DNA from: Octopus vulgaris
Taxonomy: Eukaryota
DNA length: 64,000 nt
NCBI GenBank assembly: GCA_951406725.2
Contig: OX597817.1
Span: forward strand, 55,304,001-55,368,000
Direction of reading: 5' to 3'
Made by a program: the position numbers and the translations under genes. This document shows, piece by piece, positions 53,701 to 64,000 of this stretch (positions within the stretch are counted from its first letter, which is position 1; every line of letters starts with the position of its first letter). The notes under the pieces are model-generated. The model saw nothing but the letters and a program-made list of their open reading frames with translations. It had not been told where the DNA came from and did no database searches.

Positions 53701-55924
53701 TTTAATTAGGGATGCTGAAGAGAAAGTAACTATTAAAGATGTTGCTTTCTACGTTTTTCGGTATTAACGTATTCATCTACGTGGCTGTGTGGTAAGAAGC
53801 TGACTTCCCAGCCATATGGTTCCGGGTTCTGTCTCACTGCGTTGCAACATCGGCGAGTATCGTGCTAACCAAAGCTTTGTGAGTCGATTTGGTTGACGGA
53901 AACTGAAAGAAGCCGTTTGGGTGTGTATATATGTGTTTGTGTAAGTGTTTATGGTTGTCCCGCACTAATGACTGACATCCGGTGTTGATATGTTTACATC
54001 CCCTTCAACAAGCGGTACCGAAATTTAGGAGAAAAGATTAAGTCGATTCCATCGACCACAGGGGCCTAACTGGCACTTATTTATTCGACCCCGAAAGGAT
54101 GAAAGGCAAAGTCGACCTCGGTGGAATTTGAACTCAGAACGTAACGACGGCATGCTTAATAATTCTGCCAGCTCGACGTTCTCAACTTCCTAAATAATCT
54201 TAAGCTTTTCTTGCTATAACATGTCGCCACAACTGTTTCTTTGACTGAAACATGTTATTAAAATTGTTTTAGTCACGACCAATCATCTCTTTTGCAAGCA
54301 TTGTGTACAACGGACTACATAAGCTGATCTATTCTTCTTCATTTCACCTTTTGTATTACAACTCATTGTATATTGAGGAAGATTTAGCTGCTATTTTCAG
54401 AGAGATTCGCCCTTTTGCATGTCTAGAATAGAAGATGCCGATGGTGACGTTGTTTTTGTTAGCGCAGCAATGCACAACAAAAGGGAAAGAATGATGAATT
54501 CATTATGAAAGCAAATGATTTCCTCAACGACCAACGAATCTGGATTCTGGAAGAATTCCAAGTAAACAGGATAGATCTAATATTAACGAATTATTTTATT
54601 CATAAAATAGAAAACTGACACAGAAAATAACACTACCAACGAGAGAAATGGACGATAGCCTCTCCGACAATATTCATAGCTAGAATTGTTTCAAGGTGGC
54701 TTTTTGTCCTCTCTCTATTTTTATCGAGGCCTGATATCTCAAACACATTTATCGAACCGGCTCTAAGCAACAACATCTTGCCATGGAGAAGCAATAAATC
54801 ATGTCTTGTATATCGAATAACATAAACTAGATGCAAGGGATAACAACCAACTAGGAGCTCTACTAAAAGCAGAGTCTAAATATTTAGGGAAAAACCTTTA
54901 GCATGTTTATGTGAGTTTAGAAATGTTGTGCAAACGACATGGACTAAAAAAAGAAATAGATTAACAAAAAACATCTACTCGATCAAGAGTGACATGTGGC
55001 TAAACAAAGCAACGATAATAACAAGAAGAACGAAATGATAAGGAGAATTTTATGGAGTCTCTCTCTCTCTCTGCCAGAAATATCAGGAGACTACAACCAG
55101 GCGCAGGTGTGGCTGTGTCGTAAGAAGTTCGTTCCCTACCTTACAAATTCGGGTTCAGTCCTTCAACTATAACCACAAGCTGATCAAAGGTTGTGAATGG
55201 ATTTGGTAGACAGAAGCTGAAAGAAGCCCGTTGTGTATGTACGTGTGTGTACGCGTATATATAATTATATATATTGTGCGCGCGTGTGTGCATATATGTA
55301 TTTGTGTCTATGTTTGTTCCCCACCACCGCTCCACATCCTGTGTTGGTGCGTTTACGTCCCAGCAATCTAGCGGTTCGGTAAACGAGATTGGTAGTGGTT
55401 TATATGATCGGAAATAATATAGTTTTGTTTCATTTGGAAAACTATAAAAATTACTTTATGGCTTATTATTGTTTATATTTTTAATTTCATATATATGGGG
55501 GCACCAAAATCTTTTAAGTGCTTAGGGTTTCTATGAGTCCTAACCCGGCCCTGCATGCAGCTCTCCTAACATAACAAGAATAATGAGATTGCTGATGTCA
55601 AAAAAGGTCTATGAATAAGGGGGAAAATTTGAAGTAAAAAGAATAAAGTTTGTAGGCCACTGTAATTATACTGAATGCATCGGTCAATAGGAATGGTCAA
55701 TGATCTTCTGACAATGATCTTCGGAAAAAATGGGCGGAATCAGATGTATATGAAATTCGAATCATTTTTTGCCAACAGACCCCTATAGGGGCGTAGGCGT
55801 AGCTGTGTGGTAAGAAGTTTGCTCTCTAACCACATGGTTTCGGGCTCAGTACCTTGTGCAAGTGTCTTCCTCTACAGCCTCGGGCTTGTGAGTGGATTTG
55901 GTAGACGGAAAATGAAAGAAGCCC

Positions 55925-55964
<40 letters not shown>

Positions 55965-56033
55965 CATACATACATGCATACATATATATATATATATATA
56001 TATATTTACATACATACATACATATATATGATA

Positions 56034-56088
<55 letters not shown>

Positions 56089-56124
56089 TTACATATATTG
56101 TTAAAAACGGTAAAAAGGTTGGCC

Positions 56125-56187
56125 GGATAACTGAAGAGATGGTGGTGTGGATTTCCACCTCGGCATCCGAAACTCAGAGTTTTATCT
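56125..56187 (+). ncRNA. type I hammerhead ribozyme motif
   Basis: Stem I ggataa/ttatct, core CTGAAGA at 56131-56137, stem II gatg...catc with inner tgga/tcca, GAAA, stem III actc-a-gagt, GTT triplet. Lies in an approximately 120-bp insert in the (TA)n tract of a SINE. Confidence 0.75.
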
Positions 56188-56214
56188 TGGCTACCGAATA
56201 ATTGTCACATACTG

Positions 56215-56249
<35 letters not shown>

Positions 56250-57007
56250 TGTATATGTGTGTCTGTTTGTCCCCCTCCACCATCGTTTGACAGCGGATGC
56301 TGGTTTGTTTACGTCCCCATAATCTAGCAGTTCGGCAAAAGAGACAGATAGAATAAGTACTAGGCTTACAAAGAATTAGTCCTGGGGTCGATTTGTTCGA
56401 CTAAAAGGCGGTGCTCCAACATGGTCGCAGTCAAATGACAGAAGCAAATAAAAGAATAAAAGAATACAAGAATATATTTATACGATTGAATGTTATTAGG
56501 AATTGTGCAAAAAAAAATTTTTACGTTTTGTGCATTGCTGAAGTATTTAGCAAGTTACTGTATATAAATTCTAACGACGAAAGTCTTGGACCCCCAAAAG
56601 GTCATGTGGAATCCAATTGAGACCCAATGACTTCGACAATAAAAGGGATTTCGGGAAATTGTTCTCTTCATCAAACAGAATTCTGGGAAACAAAAAAAAA
56701 AAAAAAAAAAGGAGTTTTCGATCACGATGCACAATATAGAGATATATCGTAAAACCCCTGGGGAAGCTACGCGGTGAATTGACGCGGAATATCATCTGAC
56801 TCTTGGGATATAGCAATCTTATGTCTAGGTCCCTAATGTGAAGGGATGCTTAGGTCAATGAGTAAATTGTGTTGTAAAGACCTATTTAAAAGCTATAAAA
56901 AATATAGATTATTGTTAATAAGCCAAATGGTTTCCAACATAGGCGCGACGTTTAAAATATTGGGAAAATATACACTTGAATAAGAAGTGTATTTCATACG
57001 GATATTA

Positions 57008-57609
57008 CAGTAATCCCTCGACTATCGCGGGTGGTATGTTCCAAAATCCCCCGCGAAGTAGTAACGGTTCTGCACTGTATGTTTTTTTTATAATTATTTT
57101 TATGATTTGTACATATTTATTTTATTACCTCCGCTTTAGAGAAGGCGGAGGTATTATTTTCAGTCATGTTTGTTTATTTGTTTGTTTATCTTGTTTATCC
57201 GTGGACAACTGGATGGGATGAATTCGAATAAAATTTTTCGGGGTTGTTTGACCTCGTGACTGGCACGAACTGATTAGATTTTGGGATCGATCCGGTACCG
57301 AACAAGGATTCTGGATTATTTTTCTTGCTTTTTTTATTTTTTAATTTAATTTTTGACAGCCGTCGGGTTGGTTTTTAATATTCTCGTTTGTGATAGCAGT
57401 CAAGTTTATTTCAGATATTCTCATCTTAAAAATCATCTCCGGTTAATCGTTGAGATGACGTTGGTGTTGCCTTGGCGGAGGTTTGCGCTCTTTGAGTGCT
57501 CTTGTTATAAATGTAAAACAACATCACGGAGGAATCAACTTAAGCTTAAATAATAAACCGCGATAGGTTTAACGCGTTAGGTGAACCGCGATATGGCGAG
57601 GGATTACTG
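57008..57609. mobile_element. Tigger/pogo-like MITE
   Basis: Perfect 13-bp TIR cagtaatccctcg/cgagggattactg with TA TSD. A related half copy lies at about 28257-28350. Confidence 0.8.
57122..57506 (+). mobile_element. Helentron-associated non-autonomous element (HINE/DINE-1-like) nested in the MITE
   Basis: 5' ttattacctccgc...ggcggaggt, a gttt microsatellite, 3' subterminal ggcggaggt, hairpin gcgctc-ttt-gagtgc and terminal cttgtt. Confidence 0.7.
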
Positions 57610-58031
57610 TATATCGACTTTGGAAAGACAGAAGGTAAAGATGATCTTGGTGAGGGCTGAACTCAGACCGTCAATATTACTTGTTTCAGTCATTAGATTG
57701 TGGCTATGCTGGAGCACTGCCTTGAAGAACATTTATTCAAATGACTCAACGCCGGTGCTTGTTGTTTAAAGACTTACTTATTGTAATGGTCTCTCTTACC
57801 GAACCACTAAATTACAGGGATGTAAACACGCCAACACCGGTTGCCAAGCTGGAGTCGGGGACAGGCACATGCATGCAATGACGTAAACACATGCCCACAC
57901 ACACACATACATGCATACGTGTATATATGTATATATGTGTAAAGGCGGTGCTCCAGCATGGCCGCAGTCAAATGACTGAAACAATTAAAAGAGAAAAGAG
58001 AAAGAGAATACACACACACACGCACACCACA

Positions 58032-58091
<60 letters not shown>

Positions 58092-58794
58092 CGACGGGCT
58101 TCTTCCGGTTTCCGTCTACCAAAATCCACTCACAAGGCTCAATCAACCCGAAGCTACAGTAGAAGACATTTGCGCAAGGCACTGCGCTGTGGGATTGAAC
58201 ACCGGGGCCTTATGGTTAGGGAGAAAGCTTTTTACCATAGAACCACGCATGCTATTTACGCCTGAATCCCATATGCATAATTAACAAGAAAAAGGAAAGA
58301 AAAGAAATCAATTTGTCCCCTTCTGTCGATTCAGTTAATTCATGACTCTTTTCTCTAAAGCCCTAGAAATTTCCATCAATCTTCCACTATTTTATCCGCC
58401 ACTATAAAATATATACAAACCCTCCACCACCCCCTTTTTGTTTTCCTTTTCTTTTCGTTTTTCTCTTTCTTTTTTTTTGATCGATTTGCAACAAAATCTG
58501 CCACGCTCTTATCATCTTGTCCAACGTTATACAGATTCTGCCAAGTACAACAATTGTGTCTGATGCTCCATCGACTCTGCCAATACGCCGACGCTGGTTG
58601 GTAAAAATATATTGTTGCATTACGTTAAAATAATATACGACTTTACATTCTGCTAAAGATTTTAAAAGTGTTACCTGTATTTGATTGGTTCATATTTTTA
58701 TTGATTCTTAAGAATGGTCAATGGTGAAATACCACCGCTATGGTGACGGCAATAACACTTTTAGTGCAGCTATGCTAATATTATTGTTGTTGTT

Positions 58795-59484
58795 AAGGCG
58801 GCGAGCTGGCAGAAACGTTAGCACGCCGGGCGAAATGCGTAACCGTGTTTCGTCTGCCGTTACGTTCTGAGTTCATCCTTTCGGGGTCGATAAATTAAGT
58901 ACCAGTTACGCACTGGGGTCGATGTAATCGAGTTAATCCGTTTGTCTGTCCTTGTTTGTCCCCTCTCTGTTTAGCCTCTTGTGGGCAATAAAGAAATAAG
59001 AAACGTTGGCACGCCGACCGAAATGCTTAGCGGTATTTCGTCTGCCGCTATGTTCTGAGTTCAAATTCTGCTGAGGTCGACATTAACTTTCATCCTTTCA
59101 GGGTTGATAGATTAAGTACCAATTGCATTCTGGGGTCGATCAAATCGACTGGCCCCCACCCCCCAAATTTCGGGCCTTGTGCCTATAGTAGAAAGGCAAA
59201 GACGACCTCGGCGGAATTTGAACTCAGAACGTGAAAGACAGACGAAATACCTATTTCTTTACTACCTACAAGGGGATAAACACAGAGGGGACAAACAAGG
59301 ACAGACAAACGGATTAAGTCGATTTCATCGACCCTAGTGTGTAACTGGTACTTAATTTATCGACCCCGAAAGGATGAAAGGCTAAGTCGACCTCAGCGGT
59401 ATTTGAACTCAGAAAGTAACGGCAGACGAAATACCACTAAGTATTTCGCCCGGCGTGCTAACGATTCTGCCAGCTCGCCGCCTT
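58795..59484. mobile_element. SINE family B dimers in tail-to-tail inverted arrangement
   Basis: Plus-strand dimer at 58795-59195 abuts a minus-strand dimer at 59192-59484. Confidence 0.8.
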
Positions 59485-60316
59485 CCACCTTTCACCCGTC
59501 CTGCGTATCACTTGCGATCAACAGGAAATATTTCCCTGATGTCCATGTGTTATATATGATACGCATTCCCAATATTTTCCATCAGCCTAACAAGGGTTAC
59601 TTGTGAATTATGAAAGAAAACCTTCATTTTACGTAGAACACAAGAAGTAGGGAGAAACTGAAAGTCTGAAAACAAGAATAGATATTATAAAAATATTTTA
59701 AACAGACAAATGGTTCACAAATAACGAGCGGTCAAATAATATTACTGATTTGTAAGCGGCTGACCTTACAAGCCAGATATCTGTTCCCTGAAAAACAGTA
59801 AACAAAACTTGAAGCAGTCCGCGAAGAGAATCACTTTCCAACCATTTTTTTTTTTTTGGAATCAATATTAAAGAAAGGATTTATTTGCATTTTTAATTAT
59901 CCCACAGTAAGTCTCTGCAATGTCGAAAGATTTATTTCTGGTTTACACTGCGTTATGTATAAGAGTGTTATTGTCTAATTAATCACAAAACATCAAAAGC
60001 ATATTTATGCAAATTAGGCTACCCATTAATGTGCTAGCTTAATTTGCGCCTCGTGTATGTAGCAGCTGACCTAGGCGATAGATTGGTGGAGATCTTCTAT
60101 TGGAAGCGGTCAACAAACTGTGGAGACTCCCTCCCTCTCTTTTTCCGTACTGCAAAGATAAGATCAAAGTAGAGAATCAGAAATAACAAGAAAAATTGAA
60201 ACGATAATAGACAAAATATAAAAAAAACATGGTGGTTATATATGTCCATGCGTATGTATATGTCGAAGGGTTGACTTGTCTAGTATTTTCTTCTTTTTGG
60301 TTTGCCTATGCATGTA

Positions 60317-60416
60317 NNNNNNNNNNNNNNNNNNNNNNNNNNNNNNNNNNNNNNNNNNNNNNNNNNNNNNNNNNNNNNNNNNNNNNNNNNNNNNNNNNNN
60401 NNNNNNNNNNNNNNNN
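60317..60416. other. assembly gap (100 N)
   Basis: Run of 100 n. Confidence 1.
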
Positions 60417-61289
60417 ATATGTAGAGGCGCAATGGCCCAGTGGTTAGGGCAGCGGACTCGCGGTCGTAGGATCGCGGTTTCGATTCCCAAACCGGGCGTT
60501 GTGAGTGTTTATTGAACGAAAACACCTAAAGCTCCAGGAGGCTCCGGCAGGGTTTGGTGGCGATCCCTACTATACTCTTTCACAACAACTTTCTCTCACT
60601 CTTTATTCTGTTAGTCTGCTCGCTTAGCCAGCGGGGTGGTGTCATTTGAAGGCTAAAACAATGCGAAGCACATTGTGACCAGCGATGTATAACAACATCT
60701 GATAGCCTGGTCGGTCACGGTGATCACTGTGATATTACAATATAATAAGATACAATATCCATATAATGCGATATGATTACACCATATCAATATAATATAT
60801 TGCAAAAATGATGCAAAAAAAAAAAGATATATAATATTTGCTATGAAGCCATTTTATAGGTGAATATTCAAATGAAATTTTAATTTTGATTTTCAGAAAA
60901 TATCTTTACTTATCTATCATTAAAGTAATTTTGATACGAAAATTTATTAATAAATTTATATATAATAGCATTTTGCTTAGTTGTGTGAGATATACGAGAT
61001 AAAAAAAAAGATACTGTTCTCTGGAACCAGAGAATATTACTTTTCGTTAAGTGAAAAATATACGGGGATACATTTTAATGAGAAATATAGCAGCAAAATA
61101 GGTTTATTAGAATTTGACAATAAAGAGATTTTTTGATATTTTATAAGTATTTGAATACAATAAAGTGTAAGATGTTTTGATGTGGATACGAAAGATTAGT
61201 GAAGGTTGTTTAGAATCTCTGGTCTAAAGAAAGTTCCTGCCAGGATTGAAGTTTTACTTATAGATTTATTTGAATCTTTTATAAGTGTA

Positions 61290-61862
61290 TACGAGGTCTG
61301 AGAAGAAAGCATCGAGACTGGTGTTATAATAAGAAAACTAAACACATTTATTAATTCGGCATTTAATCTATCCTGTTTTCTTTTCGATGTAGTCCCCTTC
61401 TGGAGCAGCACAGTTTATTCACTGTTCTTCCTTCCCATTCATGGATGCATTCCTGGAACTCCCTTTTGAGAATAGCGAGCCGCTGCTTCATTGCATTCTC
61501 TTCGCTTTCTTCGACGTCTTGAACATTTTCCTTTCAAGTGGGATTTGATTTTTGCCTTACTTTCGGGGTCACATCCATAGACCCATTAGTCATCACCTCT
61601 TACAACTATTTTCAAAAACTTTTAATTTTACTTAACAGATCCAAAGAAATCCGCTGCATTTTTTTTTCTTTTGAAACGACCACACTCTGCACACTTTATT
61701 TGAAGCACTGCTAAAAATGAGAAAAGTGAGAGAGAGAATGTTATAACTTAGGTTGCTAAAGCGACAGAGTTCAAGATCAATCTAAGCCATAAAGTTCGCT
61801 CTGCGTACTTTAGCTCCGTTGCCATAGCAACAAGCTCGATATTTTTCGATCAGATCTCCTAG
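61290..61862 (-). mobile_element. internally deleted mariner element
   Basis: Degenerate TIRs (tacgaggtctgagaagaaagcatcgag / ctcgatatttttcgatcagatctccta). Minus-strand remnants GDD*WVYGCDP and APEGDYIEK. Confidence 0.7.
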
Positions 61863-62189
61863 ATAATATGAAAAAGAAATAATAAAGATTATCGAACTTT
61901 AGCTATAATTGAACCTTTACTTTGTCATTTACAATAAAAGCAATGCATTTGAATGATTAATAAACTTCTTTTTGACAAAATCAATACAAAATATACAACT
62001 TCAACATGATTCGAACCTGTGACTTAGGCAATAGCTTAAGAAGTAAATGAGTACTTCAATCATTTCTAAACCAAACTAAGATGAAAAATGAAGATAAAAA
62101 GTGAATTATTCACCGGGAATTAAAAGCAATAGAAGACAAGAAAATGTCACGTGATATACAAGCAAATAATATGCAAACACACAAGTCGG

Positions 62190-62795
62190 CCAGTTGGCAT
62201 AAACGATAGCAAGCCGGGCGAAATGCTTAGCAATGTTTCGTCTGCCACTGCGTTCTGAGTTCAAATTCCACCGAGATCAACATTACTTTTCATCTTTTCG
62301 GGGTCGATAAATTAAGTACTAGTTGCGTACTGGGGGTCGATCTAATCGACTGGCCCCCTCCCCAAAAATTTCGGGTCTTGTGCCTTGAGTAGAAAAAAAG
62401 AAATCCGTCTGTCTTTATGTACTGAGTTCAAATTCCGCCGAAGTCGACTTTACCTTTCATCCTTTCGGGATCGATAAATTAAGTACCAGTTGCGTACTGG
62501 GGTCGCGATAAATTAGGTAGAGCAGTTGCGTACTGTAGGTCGGTCTAATCGACTGCCCACTCCCCCAAAATTTCGGACCTTGTGCCTAGAGTAGAAAAGA
62601 ATATGGTCTCACACACACACACACACATACACACACACACGCGCGCGCTGACCTATACATGCATATGTAAATAATCTTATATGAATTTCTTTGTCAGTGT
62701 ATGTGTGTGCGTGTGTGCACCAGCACTCACAGAACGCTTATATACTTATGCTCATACTCACACAGACACCCACATGCATATATATATATATATAT

Positions 62796-62826
<31 letters not shown>

Positions 62827-63560
62827 TACGCGCATTCATACTTGCAAATATATATGCCAGGATACTTGAGATCAGGACTACTGGAAGTAATGTTAATGTA
62901 TAAAAGGTAAAAGCGGCGAGCTGGCAGAAACGTTAGCACTCCGGGCAAAATGCGTAGCCGTATTTCGTCTGCCGTTACCTTCTGAGTTCAAATTCCGTCA
63001 AGATCGACTTTGCCTTTCATCCTTTTGGTGTCGATTAAATAAGTACCAGTTACGCATTGGGGTCGATATAATCGACTTAATCCGTTTGTCTGTCCTTGTT
63101 TGTCCTCTCTGAGTTTAGTCCCTTGTGGGTAGTAAAGAAATAGGTATTTCGTCTGCCGTTACGTTCTGAGTTCAAATCCCGCAGAGGTCGACTTTGCCCT
63201 TCATCCTTTCGGGGTCGATAAAATAAGTACCAGTTGGTAGGTCGATCTAATCGACTTTCTCCCATCTACCCCCAAAATGTCTGGCTTTGCTGCCTAGAGC
63301 AAAAAAAATATTATTCCAGCAGTAACGTCCTTGCGTTCTGAGTTCAAATTCAGCCGAGGTCGACTTTGGTTTCGTTATTTGAGGTCGATAAGACGGCGAG
63401 CTGGCAGAATCGTTAGGACTCCGGCGAAATGTTTATCACCATTTCGACCGTCTTTACATTCTGATTTCAAATTCCTCCAACGCAGTCTTTGTCTTTCATC
63501 GTTTTGGGTTCAATAAATTATGTACCAGTTGCGTACTGGGGTGGATGTAATTTACTAGTC
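62190..63560 (+). mobile_element. SINE family B cluster
   Basis: Multiple heads and cores at 62190-62602 and 62911-63560. Confidence 0.75.
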
Positions 63561-64000
63561 CCTTCCTGCAATATTACAGGCCTTGACCCTTTATAGACGA
63601 TTAACTGGGGTCGATAAGTCCCAGTTGAACACTGGTGGCAATGTAATCGTCTTAACCCCACCCCTAAGGGAATTACTGGCCTTGTGCTAAAATATGAAAC
63701 CACTATTTATGTATCTATCTGTGTGGTAAGAAACTTGCTTCCCGACCACATGGTTCCGGGTTCAGTCCCACTACGTGGCAACTTGGGCAAATGTCTTCTA
63801 CTATAGCCGTGGGCTGACCATAGCCTTGTGAGTGGATCTGGTAGATGGAAACTGAAAGAAGCCTATATATGTATATGCTTGTGTGTCTGTGTTTGCCTCC
63901 GCCCACCATCGCTTAACAAACGACGTTGGTGTGTTTACTTCTCCGTAATCTAGCTGTTCGACAAAAGTGACCGATAGAATAAGTACTAAGCTTACAATGA

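Noticed and set aside
43241-55553. 12-kb composite transposon bounded by inverted cagggccgg ends
   Set aside because: Both are the same (left) end of a MITE family, no TSD is shared, and the first has its own right end at about 44460.
56765-56790. miR-124-like string acgcggtgaat
   Set aside because: The seed does not match and no precursor hairpin is evident.
60424-60500. tRNA gene
   Set aside because: The tRNA-like head continues into a SINE body found at several loci, and there is no proper acceptor stem.

Overview
AT-rich eukaryotic genomic DNA full of microsatellites and transposons. The SINE families and (TA)n/(CATA)n load suggest an octopus or other coleoid cephalopod genome (inference). 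I can support no intact host protein-coding gene; nearly all ORF-track entries are microsatellite or SINE artefacts. Recognisable features are a near full-length but inactivated mariner (4118-5400), a deleted mariner, three decayed Penelope-like (RT and/or GIY-YIG) retroelement fragments, three tRNA-derived SINE families (one in head-to-tail multimers), Tc1/Tigger/hAT MITEs, a Helentron-type non-autonomous element, a full-length divergent U6 snRNA copy abutting a SINE, and a 100-N gap. The most interesting signal is a set of about a dozen type I hammerhead ribozyme (HHR) motifs from several sequence-unrelated families, many in short elements next to (TA)n tracts. The set includes intact-looking folds (7400-7454, 33115-33199, 56125-56187), a head-to-head palindromic double ribozyme (23561-23671) and a retrozyme-like direct-repeat element with HHRs 546 nt apart (34941-35797). 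All folds were read by eye and none has been computed or tested.
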